From contig OX597820.1 of the NCBI GenBank assembly GCA_951406725.2, positions 78,740,001 to 78,804,000 on the forward strand: a stretch of 64,000 nucleotides of DNA, in the 5' to 3' direction. A program made the position numbers and the translations under genes. This document shows positions 26,551 through 40,375 of this stretch, one piece after another. Numbering within the stretch: position 1 is the stretch's first letter; every line of letters begins with the position of its first letter. Source of the DNA: Octopus vulgaris (Eukaryota). The notes under the pieces are model-generated. The model was not told the origin of the DNA and did no database searches. It saw nothing but the letters and a program-made list of their open reading frames with translations.

Positions 26551-27261
26551 ATACATGCATACATACATACATACATACATACATACATACATACATACAT
26601 ACATACATACATAAATACATACATACATACATACATACATACATACATACATACATACATACATACATACATGCATACATTAACTATATGAATAAAAAGC
26701 GAAGTCTCCCCTGTATTGCATATTTTCACAGCGAAACATGTAAACCAAAGAGAAAAATTGTTGATCGAAAGAAGAAACTTGATTGTTGCAGGAACACTAA
26801 ACGACCGACTTATTCAGACCAGTAGAAGCTTCAGCCAAATACATCTGCACTTACCTGCCGCTGACCGTAGCAGCAGCCTCGTTATTAAATGTTTCATAAA
26901 TGAGATGAGTGAAGAATATAAACACTTGAAACATGGTTTTAATGAAATGTTTCTAGAGAAGATTGATTCACTTCTAAGCTTTGCTTACAAAAAAAAAGTA
27001 TCGTACTTAACACGTATTGATAAGAGATTTTACTTTGCTGATGTTTGCGGTGATTAATGATATAAGAGCATTTGCGCAAATAATAATTAATCATCATTTT
27101 GGGAAACAAACACATGCTTATATTCCTTTTCTCCAACGGTTAAACAGTGTCTCGAAAGCACTGAGAGAGTAAACAAATGCAAGGTAATGCGTTAATCATT
27201 AAGGATTTGGAAAACAGAAAAAAAAAAAGACCATTGATCTACGGAAGGCCATCATATATAT

Positions 27262-27607
27262 CAGAGGTTATCAAACTTTTTTGGGCCACCGCCCCACTCA
27301 TGGCCACATAGTACGCTCAGCACCCTCACCCCTATTTTTATGTATAAATAAATATTTTATATTTTACTAATTTATATATACTATGAATCATTTGATATTT
27401 AATATAATATTATATAATTTGTGTACAATACTATAATAATATTATAATAAATTCATAGCGTTCCCCAATCCACTGCCTACCTCTTGACGCCTCCTTTTTC
27501 TCTAAAGCCCTGTCCGCCCCCACCACCCCCTTAGGCACCAGTGTCCACCTGGGCCGTCTCAACGCCCACCGGGATGGGGGCGGTAGCACCTACTTTGAGA
27601 ACCTATG
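27262..27607. mobile_element. hAT (Charlie-like) MITE
   Basis: Imperfect TIRs CAGAGGTTATCAAACT / ACTTTGAGAACCTATG; 8-bp TSD ATATATAT / ATATACAT. Confidence 0.75.
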
Positions 27608-27954
27608 ATATACATGGTAATTCTTATCAATGCTAAACAAGCGAATGGTTATACTTTTCAACTAAACCATAGGTTCTCAAAGTGGGCTCTACCTCTCAAA
27701 CGGTCCCTGAATAAGGGTTGTTTAAGGATGTTGAACGAATCACCCATGTTTCCAGAGGTGAATTATTCAAGCCCCAAAGAATTCCTCTCAACATATGGCT
27801 ATGATGCTCCCCCACTACTTCTGCTTGTGATCAGAGATGCACATATCGTCAGCCACTAAGGGACATGCTCAAATGGTTACGGTCAAACAACTGACAAACA
27901 AATCTGTGGTATTGGGCAGAATATTTGCTGTAGCCCATCTTTTATACCTTTATT

Positions 27955-28067
27955 ATTATACCATTACTATCATTATTATTATTATTATTATTCAGGTCAC
28001 TGCCCAGAATCGAACTCGGAATCTAGGTGTTAGTAACCCACGCTCTTAACCACTACGCTATATGCCC
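27955..28067 (-). mobile_element. Short tRNA-derived retroposon with (AAT)n tail
   Basis: GGGCATATAGCGTAGTGGTTAAG (A box)..GAGTTCGATTC (B box) followed by (AAT)n; acceptor stem does not close. Confidence 0.7.
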
Positions 28068-29052
28068 GTCAAATGTAAATAATGTAAATAATGTACATGA
28101 TTCCTCATCTCTGAAACATATAACAGATAATTGCTGTCGAAGGGTATCTAGGAAGAAGTGTAGGAATGTGCTGTGCAACTTCAAATCAATAAAATAGTGA
28201 TGGTAGATGTGTGGCAAAATAGAAAGAATTTAGTTAGTCAGGTTAAATAACAAAAATGCATTCGATACTTTTCCCACTCCAGACGATTCTAGGGGCCCTT
28301 CGAGATGCTAAAGTACCAGGGACCATAGTCAAAACCACAGACATTTTTGTCTCATCTTGCTTCACTATCCTGAATTTAAATTAAAGAAATTATCCAATTA
28401 TCTCTGATAAAGTGACGTATGAAAAGAGGAATATTTTAAAATGAAAGTGTATCTATAATGCTTATAATGGTAGTGAACACTTTATCCATTCTTCTATGTT
28501 GATAACCTGAACGATAAGTGGAAGTGATTTGTCTTGGTTATGACATCCTCAAAGAAAACTAAAGAGAAGGGTTTGATTCAGGTAAATTTTTTTATATAAT
28601 CATAAAACTACGAAGAACTACAATCCGGTAATATTTCTATCAATAAGCTGATCATTTCTCCGATATCAAACGGAGTGCCTAGGGATTGATGAAATCAAAC
28701 ACATTTTTCGAGGTAATAAGGAACAGGAAAGTAGGACACGGATGGAAAATATAAACTATTTACTGCAATATATATGTGACAAAAAGGTGGGTTTTTTTTA
28801 CCACACTAGAACCCATTCTGACATTTGGTCTCTTTGGTGTTATCTTCGAGGGGATTCACCTTGAGTATTAAGAGTCCGAAACTGCAAGTTATCCCCAAAA
28901 ATGTCCACATCAACAATCGGAGTTGTGAATAATAGATGATGTCATTTTCACAGCAGATGCAACAAGGAAATGTAAGAGAAAATTTCAGTCTACAACGGAA
29001 GGGTCTACAATCTGCACAGCTAGAATTAAACACGGTGAGGCCCTAAACTGTA

Positions 29053-29251
29053 CGAAGGAGTGCTGAAAAGTTCCTGGCTTAGGGTTAAAGAAAATACAAG
29101 ACGATCAGTTAATTATGACTTTATTCAACGTATTTACCTCTTAGATTGCAGCAGTCCTTCAATTTTTCTAAGCCCCGTAAAAGAACTCAGAAGGTTGGAC
29201 CTCCAGCCTGGCCTTTCACCATAACCTGAAAGCTAGGAACTTTTCAGCACG
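29053..29251. mobile_element. Mariner-type MITE
   Basis: TIRs GTGCTGAAAAGTTCCTGGCTT / AAGCTAGGAACTTTTCAGCAC, TA flanks; inverted homologue at 35138-35357. Confidence 0.8.
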
Positions 29252-29304
29252 TATAAAGTTTAAAAACCTCTTACTAAAAAATTACACCCGATCGTTCAAA
29301 AAAA

Positions 29305-29512
29305 ATTCTTTCTAATTTTGACACAAGGCCAGCAATTTTAAAGGGATGAGACAAGACGACTCCAGTATGCAACTGATACTTAATTAATCGACCCGGAAAG
29401 GATGAAAGGCAAAGCTGAACTCCACGGGATTTGAGCTCAGAAGATAAAGAGCCGGAAGAAATGTCGTTAAACATTTTGTCCGGCATGGTAACAATTCTAC
29501 CAGCTACCCGCC
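29305..29512 (-). mobile_element. SINE family B, diverged monomer
   Basis: Reverse complement of the GGCGGCGAGCTGGCAGAA head and CCTTTCATCCTTTC core. Confidence 0.75.
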
Positions 29513-29534
29513 TTAGATATCCTCGAAATGAAAA

Positions 29535-29925
29535 GCATGTGTGGTAGGCTGTGTGGTAAGAAGTTTGCTTCCCAATAACATGGTTCCGGGTTCAGTCCCA
29601 CTGCGTGGCACCTCGAGCAAGTGTCTTCTACTATAGCCTCGGACTGACCAAAGCTTTGTGATTGGATTGGTCGATGGAAAATGAAATAAACCAATCGTGC
29701 GTATGTGTGTATCTGTCTGTATTTGTGTTTGTCTGCTGACAGCGCTTGACAACCGTAGTGGTGTGTTTACGTCCCTGTAACTTGGTGGTTCGGCAAAAGA
29801 GACCGATAGAAGAGAACAGCAAGCTTCAAAAAATTAATAAGTCGACTCGTTCGACTAAAATCCTTCAAGGAGGTGCCCCAGCATGACCACACTCTAATGA
29901 TTGAAACAAGTAAAAGAATAAAAGA
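29535..29925 (+). mobile_element. SINE family A
   Basis: Homology to 82-515. Confidence 0.85.
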
Positions 29926-30313
29926 TACATTGAACAATGCAGTCTCTTTTACATAAAACGATGGGATGGTCGCGGCTGGGATCTCTTAGGGCTGACTTAT
30001 GTACAAGAGCTGCAGAATTTGAACGCAGCACCACGAGCAATGTAAAGACAGAAAGATCATTGCCAAAAACCTTTGTACGATCACTCGATCAATAAGCTCC
30101 AACACTGCTGATGTTCTTATCAACTGAATGCTATTCCGCTATTCCGCTATTCCGCTATTCCGCTATTCCGATATTTATTTTTATCAGTAAACAGGGTTGC
30201 TGTTTTTGTGATTCAATTTCTTATAGAATCGGCCACTTTCAGACGATACAACAGCTGTGCTAGCTATCATATGTGTGTGTGTGCGCGCTGGAGTTTTTAC
30301 ACACGCGACTCTG

Positions 30314-30586
<273 letters not shown>

Positions 30587-30591
30587 CGAAA

Positions 30592-30635
<44 letters not shown>

Positions 30636-31095
30636 ATAACATATATATATACACACACACACATATATACATATGTATTTTTGTGTGTTTAAATGCATGC
30701 ACGCATACATACTTCCACACACACATATGTGGGTATGGATAAACACAAATATATAGCTATATACACATATATTAACGTAGATATATTTTTACATATGTAT
30801 TTCTGTACACCACATCTAACACTCCATACATACATACATACATACATACATACATACATACATACATACATACATACATGTTTACATATATATATATATA
30901 TACATATATATATATCACGTGATCACGTGATATATACATATATATACATATATACATATATATACATATATATATACATATATACATATATATATATACA
31001 TATATATATATACATATATATATATTCATATATATATATATAAATATATATGCGTGTGTGTGTGTACGTGATATATATATGCATATATGTGAGTG

Positions 31096-31131
<36 letters not shown>

Positions 31132-31227
31132 CTGCGTGTGTGTAATTATGGAAAGCAGTAAGACAGACACACAGGGCAAGTAAACCAATGTGAAAAGAGA
31201 TTGGAGAGCCGAGAAAGCCGAAAGAAG

Positions 31228-31264
<37 letters not shown>

Positions 31265-31774
31265 ATAGAGTAGAGAAGAGGAGGAAGAGAGAGAGTAGAG
31301 TAGAGTTAGAGAGGAGAAAAGTTTGAGAGCAACAGAAGAGAAAATTAAAACTGAAATATGTGGAGCGAGAGAGGAGGATGAGGAGGAGAGCTGAGAAAGA
31401 GAGAAAAAGAAAAAGAGAAAGAAATAAAGAAAGAGAGATGGAGAGAAGGCGTAAAAAGTATCAGCTGTCTGTGTGTGGGGGGGGGATACGGAAATGGCGG
31501 GAGCGCCATGATAAATTCTCTCTCCTCAATTCACTACAAGTTGACGATGTTTCTGCCTCGTCTTCTTCTTCAATATTCTATAACCCTCATTGACTAATCA
31601 TCGATTTTGGCAATCCACTTCATTCTCTTTATTTTTTTTCTTTCATTTGTTTCTTTATTTATTTATTTATTTCTCTCATTCTTTCTTTCTTTCTTTCTTT
31701 CACGCTCTCTCCGTTTTTTTTTACTGTTCTTGTCTCTCGTTCTCTCGCTCTCTGTGCGTGTGTGCGGCTGTGTC

Positions 31775-32640
31775 AGTGTGTGTGTGTGTGTGTGTGTGTG
31801 TTTGTGTACATGTGTGTATACATGTGTGTGTACATGTGTGTGTATGTACATGTGTGTGTACATGTGTGTGTGTACATGTGTGTGTGTGTGTTTGTGTACA
31901 TGTGTGTGTACATGTGTGTATACATGTGTGTGTACATGTGTGTGTATGTACATGTGTGTGTGTACATGTGTGTGTGTACATGTGTGTGTACATGTGTGTG
32001 TGTACATGTGTGTGTACATGTGTGTGTACATGTGGGTGTATGTACATGTGTGTGTGTACATGTGTGTGTGTACATGTGTGTGTATACATGTGTGTGTACA
32101 TGTGTGTGTGTACATGCGTGTGTGTACATGTGTGTGAGTGAGCGTGTGTAGTTTTGTGTATGTTTGTGTATGTGCTTATGTGTGTGTGTATCTGTGTGTA
32201 ATTGCGTATATGTGTGAGTGTGTGTGTGTGTTCATATGCTTGTGCGTGTGTACGTGTGTGATTTTGTGTATGTATGCGCATATGCATGTGTGCGTGCGTA
32301 TGTGTGTGTTTGTGTATGCGGGTATATAAGCGTTTCTATGTGTGTGCATGTGTGCGTGCGTGTGTGTGTGTGTGCGTGTGTGCGTGTGTGTGCGTGTATC
32401 TGTGCGTAAGTGTGTATTAGTGTGCGTGTGTGTGTGTGTGTTCATATGCTTGTGCGTGTGTTCGTGTGTGATCTTGGGTATGTATGCGCGTATGCATGTG
32501 TGCGTACGTATGTGTGTGTTTGTGTACGAGGGTGTATATGTGTATATAAGCGTTTCTGTGTGTGTATCTGTGTGTGGGTGCGTGTGTGCGTATGTGTGTA
32601 TGTGTGCGTGCGTGTGTGTGTGTGTATGTGTGTGTGCTTG
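31775..32640. repeat. TG-derived cryptic satellite (TGTACA-punctuated (TG)n, then a ~210-bp internal duplication)
   Basis: Recurring TGTGTACATGTG units in 31800-32135; TTCATATGCTTGTGCGTGTG block at 32231 and 32441. Confidence 0.9.
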
Positions 32641-32703
32641 TGTTTCTTTTCTCGTTTTCCCTTGGAGAGTAATACGTTGGGGAAGCATGATAATGGAAAG
32701 GAA

Positions 32704-32742
<39 letters not shown>

Positions 32743-32868
32743 GGAAGTGGACGTGTCTTTTATGAAGTTGATGTCGGTTGCCACGGAAATCGTTCGATAC
32801 AATTGTCTGAATATCCATCAATCATCGATGCCATTGATGGCTTTTAACTACGACGTAGATAGATAGAC

Positions 32869-32939
<71 letters not shown>

Positions 32940-33629
32940 AGAAGAAGAAGAAGAAGAAGAAGAAGAAGAAGAAAGTGGTGATGGTGATGATGGTGATTAA
33001 GAAGATTATGATGATGATGATGAGGGGGAGGGGGAGGATGGTGATGATGATGATGATGAAGGAGAAGGAGGAGGGAAAAGAAGAAGGAGAAGAAGAAGAA
33101 GAAGAAGAAGAAGAAGAAGAAGAAGAAGAAGAAGAAGAAGAAGAAGAATTTAGAGGAGGTGGAGGAAGATTATGATCATCGTCATCGGAAGCATGATGGA
33201 AGAGGAGAGGGAGAGGGAGGTAAGATGAGGTAAAGGAGGCGGTGAAGGTTGAGGAGGGCCGCCACGGCAATGGGCACGCTGTAATTTTCGCTTTTGACAT
33301 TCGTGATGAATTATTTTCGTTAGTTCTTTGAAGGAAGTCTAATTGCTGTCTTAATAAGATTTATAGTGGATTAGACAGAAGCCGTTTAACTGTCGTCGAA
33401 CCCAATGAAAAACTTACACGGCATTATGTATGTCATCGTATCTTTTGTTCACGGAGTAATCAATGGCTTTGTGGTTAAGCTGTCTTTCTCTTGATTAAAG
33501 AGTACTTTGGATCGTATACTTTGATTTACTCATTACGGTGTTTAATGAGTATGAAGTGACAAGAAGACGACAGTGAAAGTCATACTGGGTTTTGAACAAA
33601 TGTTTAGTGAATACTGTTTAATCTTGTAG

Positions 33630-34060
33630 TGCTTGTTGTTAATGACTCTTGATACTGGAAGTCATCTCTACATCTTTGAACAGGGTTTTAGACTCAGTTC
33701 AGACGTCCAAGTGAAGCTTCTGGAGACTGTGATCAATCCCTGGCTGGATAGGGTTGCTGCTGTTAGACCATATATGTGGCAGCAGCAAGATTCGATTTCT
33801 TCCCATACCTCCTGAAAGAGCCAAAAGTGGTTGTCGGAGATTTTCTTATGACTTCATCAGCGCCAATTTCTAGCCTCCAAATTCCCTCTATTGTTTTACC
33901 ATGAATTACCATGGGGCGCGGTTGAGAAAGACACCAAACGCACGGTTGCAACACCATGGCCGAACTGGTGGACAAGAATAAGGCGGTGTTAGAAGATTTT
34001 CCCAGAGACACAGTGAGAAATGCCTGTACCAGATTCTAGAGCAGTCTAGAGGCCGTAGTT
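33630..34060 (+). pseudogene. Decayed Tc1/mariner-superfamily (maT/DD37D-like) transposase fragment
   Basis: HLYIFEQGFRL..LLETVINPWL..PYMWQQQDS..SHTS*KSQKWL..PPNS..VRNACTRF*SSLEAVV (QQDxAPxHT and WPPNSPD motifs). Confidence 0.75.
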
Positions 34061-34215
34061 CCTTCTCCAGCCATGCCTGGCTCATAAGGGCCGGTTTCCC
34101 GGTTTCCTTGGCGTATAGGTTCCCCACCTGGACGGGACGCCGGTCCGTCGCAGGTGAGCTGCAAGATGCAGGAGGAAAGAGTGAGAGAAAGTTGTGGCAA
34201 AAGAGTCAGCAAAGT
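34060..34215 (-). mobile_element. SINE family D, 3' part (V-domain-like)
   Basis: Minus strand CCTGCGACGGACCGGCGTCCCGTCCAGG resembles the V-SINE core as I recall it; shares CCACAACTTTCTCTCACTCTTTC with 41165-41332. Confidence 0.6.
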
Positions 34216-34292
34216 ACGATTTGTTTTCATTGTTCATTCCTAACTATTTCTCTCTGTCTCCCAAAGTTGCACTTGTGCGTGCGTGTACGTGT

Positions 34293-34361
<69 letters not shown>

Positions 34362-34724
34362 TGTGTTTATTGCTACTGGTACGTCTGTTGCTGCTTGTGT
34401 TCACATATCTAAATATTTTCCACGATCAAAAAGTACAGAGGATACTTTTTTTCTGTTGGCAAATTATTTATGTATAAAAGAAAAGGCTAGCATGGGAATA
34501 TCTGAATTAGTGTATTGTGGCAGGTAATTACTTTTTAGCCAATTGTGTTTTCGTCAACGGATTGTCCACTCTTATCACACCCACGAGATGTTCTCTGAAA
34601 TTATTGATGCTTTCCACTTCTAAACAAGTTCATTCTTGTCGTTACTTTAGATGCGTAGAAACGTTGTTGCATTTATGGAGTGTGCGGACGTGGAGGTTGT
34701 TTGAGTGTGCGCGCTATGTGGGCC

Positions 34725-34813
<89 letters not shown>

Positions 34814-34872
34814 TACACACATACATATATATATATGTATATATATACACACACACACACACACACGCACAC

Positions 34873-34907
<35 letters not shown>

Positions 34908-35137
34908 CGTGGCCATGCTGGGGTACCAACAGTGTTATTACCTTTTCAATGGCCATTCTTTTCTTATTGGTTTTTGGTGAAGGAGGGAGTTCGATGTCTG
35001 TGTATGTGATTGTGTGTGTGTGTATTTTGGATGGATGGATGGATGGATGGATGGATGGATGCAGGTATGTGTGTATGTATATGTATATATATTTGGGTAT
35101 GTGTGTGTGTGTGTGTGTGTTTATATACATATGTGTA

Positions 35138-35357
35138 CGAGGGGGGTGCTAAAAAGTTCCTTGCTTTAAGGGTACAAAAAAGGGGCCTGGTTGGAGGCTC
35201 AACTTTCCGAGTTCTTTTGCAGGGCTTAGATAAACTGAAGGCCCGCTGCAAAAAAGTGTATGAATCTGAGCGGCGAATACGTTGAATAAAATCATAATTA
35301 ACCGATCTTCCTGTATTTTCTTTTACCCAAAGCCAGGAACTTTTCAGCCGCCCCACG
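35138..35357. mobile_element. Mariner-type MITE with TA TSD
   Basis: TA|CGAGGGGGGTGCTAAAAAGTTCC ... GGAACTTTTCAGCCGCCCCACG|TA. Confidence 0.85.
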
Positions 35358-35366
35358 TATAATGAA

Positions 35367-35690
35367 GGCGCCTGGCTTAGTGGTCAGGGTATTTGGTTCA
35401 CTAACGTAAGGTCATAAGTTCGATTCCTAGAGGTAGATTGTGTCCTTGAACAAAGCACTTTATTCCACGTTGGTCCAGTCCACTCAGCCGGCAAAAATGA
35501 GTTGTACCTGTAATTCAAACGGCCAGCCTTGTCATATACTGTATCACGTTGATTCTCCCTGAGAACTACGTTAAGGGTACGCGTGTCTGTGGAGTACTCA
35601 GCCACTTGTACGTTAGTTTCACGAGCAGGCTGTTCTGTTCGTTGGATCAACTAACTGGAACACTCATCGTTGTAACCGACGATGTACCAG
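35367..35690 (+). mobile_element. SINE family C, full-length
   Basis: TGGCTTAGTGG A box, GTTCGATTCC B box, body shared with 15543-15862. Confidence 0.85.
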
Positions 35691-36097
35691 TTTGTGTGTG
35701 TATGTGTGTGTGTGTGTATGTATTCATGTATGTATGTACGTATTAATGAATGTATGTATGTATGTATGTATGCATGTTCGTATGTATGTATGTGTGTGTA
35801 TGCATGTATGTATTAATGTATGTATGTGTGTATATATGTATGTGTGTATGTATCTATGTATGTATATATGGATGTAGTTATGTATGTATGTATTAATGTA
35901 TGTATGTATGCATGTATTATGTATGCATGTTTGTATGTATGTATGTGTGTGTATGTATGTGTGTGTATGTATGCACGCATGTATTAATGTATGTATGTAT
36001 GTGTGTATATATGCATGTATGTGTGTATGTATCTATGTATGTATATATGGATGTATTTATGAATGTATATATGGATGTATTTATGTATGTATTAATG

Positions 36098-36131
<34 letters not shown>

Positions 36132-36619
36132 TGTATGTATGTATGTATGTATGTATGTATGTATTTATATGTGCGTGTGTATGCGTGTATGTCGATAGAG
36201 AATGACCTGATCATTCCTCAGACGTTTAGGACGCCATATGTAAACGTTTGATAAAACATATCTCAAGAGTGAAACTAATGCCTTTGCTTTAATTCTCTTT
36301 TCGTTTTTCGTTTCTTTCTCCAAGGGGGATTTTTTAATTGAAACATATGTTCCATAGCGAGCGGGTCTCAGGGTCGAGATGTAGGAAGAAAATTAATTTC
36401 AAACAATCCGCAGTAAATATAAAAAAAACAACTTTCAGAGACAGAGACAGATGTTGTTTAATGAGACGGAAGGTTGTGGATCTTTTTTCGTATCGAAGTA
36501 CAATAAATTGAAAAGAGTTCTTTTTATATTTCACAGTTGGCAACCAGTGTTGCCGAGTATGGGAATAAGAATAGAAGAGTTAAAGAATGGGTAGATAAGA
36601 TCCGGGCTGCATGTGGAAT

Positions 36620-36911
36620 CTCGGAACTGGTAAATATCCAAGTGAGGTGTATACTGCAGACCATACTTCAGGCCAAGGATAACTTGATTACGTTAAAGTT
36701 TACTATGTCGCAAGGAGGTACATGTTATCACATGAAATATTCAATCAGAATGTGTAGAGAACCCAGTAGGAGAGGAGAATATAGATGTAGAATTTACCAT
36801 GTGTTAACATGTACCTTCTTGCGACAATGTAAACTTTCATTTAATCAAGATATCCTTGGCTTGAAGGAGTATCCTATGGTATACACTTCGATTAGACATT
36901 TACCACTTCCG

Positions 36912-36913
<2 letters not shown>
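36620..36913. mobile_element. Old foldback element ending at (TA)n
   Basis: Diverged inverted arms ~36620-36742 and ~36790-36913; only a very decayed HHR-like trace. Confidence 0.7.
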
Positions 36914-36946
<33 letters not shown>

Positions 36947-36954
36947 TTATTAGA

Positions 36955-37340
36955 GACTTGTTTCAGTCATTTGACTGTGGCCATGCTGAAGCACCACCTT
37001 TTTAGTCGAGCAAATCGACCCCAGGTGTTATTCTTTGTAAGCCTAGTACTTAATCTATCAGTCTCTTTTTGCCGAACCGCTAAGTTACGGGGACGTAAAC
37101 ACGCCAGCATCGGTTGTCAAGCGGTGTTGGGGGGACAAACACAGACACACAAACATATACACATACACATACACATATATACATATATACGACGGGCTTC
37201 TTTCAGTTTCCGTCTACCAAATCCACTCACAAGGCTTTGGTCGGCCCGAGGCTATAGTAGAAGACACTTGCCCAAGGTACCACCCGGAACCATGTGGCTG
37301 GTAAGCAAGCTACTTACCACACAGCCACTCCTACGCCTAT
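36955..37340 (-). mobile_element. SINE family A
   Basis: Homology to 7121-7558. Confidence 0.9.
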
Positions 37341-37349
37341 GTATATGCC

Positions 37350-37377
<28 letters not shown>

Positions 37378-37380
<3 letters not shown>

Positions 37381-37740
37381 AAGTAAACAACAGGATGTAC
37401 GGTGCACCTCTTGGATAAATCAAGAGTAGGACAGAAAGAACACAACATGCGGGAAAATAGAGGATAACATAACAAACAGCAAACAGGACAAAAAGTGCCG
37501 GGGACTTAAGCTAAAAGCATTAAGCCTCTGAGAAAGTTTTTCCTAGAGGTTTAATGCCTTTAGCTTAAGTCCCTGGAACTTTCTGTATTCGAGCAGTCTC
37601 AGTGATAAAGGAGTGCGAGACTGCAAGGACTTTCCGGACACCGTCTGAAGAGGAAATCGGTAGCGAGTGATCCGCGTATCTTGTTTTTGTCCTGTTTGTT
37701 ATGTCTATTTTTCCGCATGTTGAGCTCTTTCTGTCCTACC

Positions 37741-37745
<5 letters not shown>
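37378..37745. mobile_element. TA-flanked nested foldback element
   Basis: Outer inverted arms ~37425-37493 / 37683-37742; inner arms ~37500-37530 / 37544-37573; CTGAAGA at ~37645. Confidence 0.65.
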
Positions 37746-37783
<38 letters not shown>

Positions 37784-37784
<1 letters not shown>

Positions 37785-38077
37785 TAGCAGTATCGCCCGG
37801 CGTTGCTCGGGTTTGTAAGGGAAATAACTATACAGCATTTTTAGAGAGTTACTTCCCTTTAAAAAAATATGCATGAAAATGGAAAAAAATGATGGTAAAT
37901 TATTTTTAAAATCGTAGACTCATCGTAGACGCGCGCTAATACCCAGAAGGGCTCGATATGAATCACGACTATAAGATACCCGGTTTGGGTTAAACTGCAC
38001 CGCAAAATGTGGGAGTAGTTAGGAATCTAAATCGAAGGGGACAGACACTCACACAACTACAGTTTTATATATAAAGA
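37784..38077 (-). mobile_element. Non-autonomous Helitron (family 1)
   Basis: Minus strand A|TCTTTATATATAAAA...CCCGAGCAACGCCGGG-CGATACTG-CTAG|T: TC/CTAG termini, subterminal hairpin, A^T site, no TSD. Confidence 0.9.
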
Positions 38078-38089
38078 TATATATATATA

Positions 38090-38289
38090 GGAAGAATTTA
38101 CAAAAAAAAACAAAAGACGAAGACAGGTGGTGTACAAAACAAACAGATGTATTAGTATAACGCTCAGGAATAGAAAATGTCTTTTACGTTTCGAGCCTAC
38201 GCTCTTCTACAGAAAGGGACACAGAAAAAAACAAGGAGAGAAAAAAGGAGAGAAAAAAATGTGTGTAGTGGCTAACGATCAATCATGGT

Positions 38290-38292
<3 letters not shown>
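38090..38292 (-). mobile_element. TA-flanked PLE-like fragment with HHR-like motif (38181-38216)
   Basis: Minus strand CTTT-CTGTAGA-A-GAGC-GTAG-GCTC-GAAA-CG-TA-AAAG; helices I and II pair. Confidence 0.6.
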
Positions 38293-38340
<48 letters not shown>

Positions 38341-40241
38341 GCGTATGTTTTGTTCTGTTGTCCATCTCTGATAAATACCAACCACTCGTGACGTCAGCAA
38401 CGGCTTATATTGCGCGGTGAAGCAAACAATTGTCTTTAATTGAAAAGCGGCTGAGAAAGTGAATAGTCACCGAAAGAGATAGATGTCACGTGATGTAACT
38501 TCTAGTCATTATTCCGCATTTTTTCCTCACGTAGAATAACTGAAATTAACTGAGATCAGTTTTTCCTGTTTCTTTAATTTACATAGACATAAAAAAAATC
38601 ATAGCCCCAACTACATGTTGACTCGTTGTGCACTCTCAATGCTTACACATCTCGCTTTGTTGATCGAAGTTCTTATGTTTCTGTCTTCTGTCTATGAGTG
38701 AGTGTGTGCATGAGTTACTGCGTATATGTGTATTTCTGCGTATGTGTGAGTGGATGTGTGTGTACGTGTGTGTGTCTGTGTGTTTGTATTTGTTTATATA
38801 TGTGTGTGCTTGTGTGTTTCTCTGCGTGTTTTATGTTTATGTATGTATTTATGTCTGTACGCGTGTGTGTGTATTTGTCTTTGCGCATTGTGTATGTACG
38901 CATGTATAGTGAATGCGTATATTTTTGTATGTTTGTGTCTGCGAGTGTGTTTGTATGTGTGTGTGTGTGTGTGTGCGTGAATGAATGGTGTGTGCTTGTG
39001 TGTGTGTGTGTGTATATTTTTGCATGTGTGTGTGTGTCTGTGTGTACGTGTGAATGATTGTGTGTTGATGTCTGCGCGTGTGTCTGCATATATGTGAGCG
39101 ATTGTGTGTTGACGTGTGTGTGAGCGTGTGTGTATGTGTGTGTGCATGTGTTTTATTGTTTGAGCATGTGCAATTTTATGTAGTCCTGTATGTGTGCGTG
39201 CGCGTGTGTTTCTGTGTTTCTGTGTAAAGGTTACGTATTTTGTGGTAGAATATATTTGCTAATATCGATCCCATTACTCGATTGGTACTTATTTTATCGA
39301 CCCTGCAAAGAGGAGAAACAATTTCGACCTTGGCTGACTTCAAAGACAAACCATAAAGTTATGTATCTTTTCAGACATCTTATCAATTCCTTCTCCAAGA
39401 ATCGGTAAAATAAGTACCACCATTGTAATATGGTCGATTCGATTTACAATAAACGTTGCCTACAAATGTTTGACTTGCAGCCAATTCCAGAAATCCTTAT
39501 TTTTATTTCAAGCATCTCATTTTTCATTGGTTTAGTTTTCGCAATGGCGTCTGTGGCGAGAATTGTAGCAACGAGCCACGAACGCCGTAGTATTACATTC
39601 GATAAATGTGGAGATCTGACATGTTGATTCCGTAAGAAATTTATGATAGACTTTTTATGTGACCTGTTTGTTTTCATAACAAACATGACTTGTCTTTTGT
39701 GCTTCACAAAAGAAATGTCATAAACGTAATCGATGCGAGGTTTGCGTACATAAAACATCGAAAATCGTGGAATCGAATGCGAAAAAATGATATATAAATC
39801 ACGCCATTTGTATTATTTTGGTGACGTTTTGTTCAGCCATAGTTATCAATGGCGGACGTTGAGTGAAAACTAGTTTTGAAAAGAAAACATTGTTTTTCTT
39901 TCTTTCTTTTTTTAACGATTTAGATTAATGATTTAGATTAACGATTTAGATTCAGAGTGATTTTTGAGAATAATCAAATTTGTATTTTATTTCTTACTTA
40001 GTATTTTTAGTACTTTTTACTCGTTTCAGTCACTGGACTGCGGCCATGCTGGGGTACCACTCTGATAGGTTTAGTTGAATAAGTCGACCCTAGTACTAAA
40101 GTTGGTTTTTTTTTAAAGTCTGGTGCTTAACGTATCGGTCCCTTTTTGCCGAATCGCTTCATTACAGGGACGTAATCAAGCGGTGGCGGAGGTCAAGCAG
40201 AAACACATGCACAAAAGCACATATAAATACATATACATATG

Positions 40242-40375
<134 letters not shown>

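Noticed and set aside
27991-28067. tRNA gene with an apparent CTA anticodon (amber suppressor)
   Set aside because: No U33, acceptor stem does not pair and an (AAT)n tail follows; it is a tRNA-derived retroposon
30915-30931. Tandem E-boxes TCACGTGATCACGTGA
   Set aside because: Isolated 16-mer within a TA microsatellite, more likely a remnant of a small repeat than a regulatory module
36537-36953. 138-aa ORF or 93-nt phase-0 exon (LATSV..KEWVDKIRAACG, superficially PH-helix-like)
   Set aside because: The donor site and most of the ORF lie within an inverted-repeat element (36620-36913); no further exons support it
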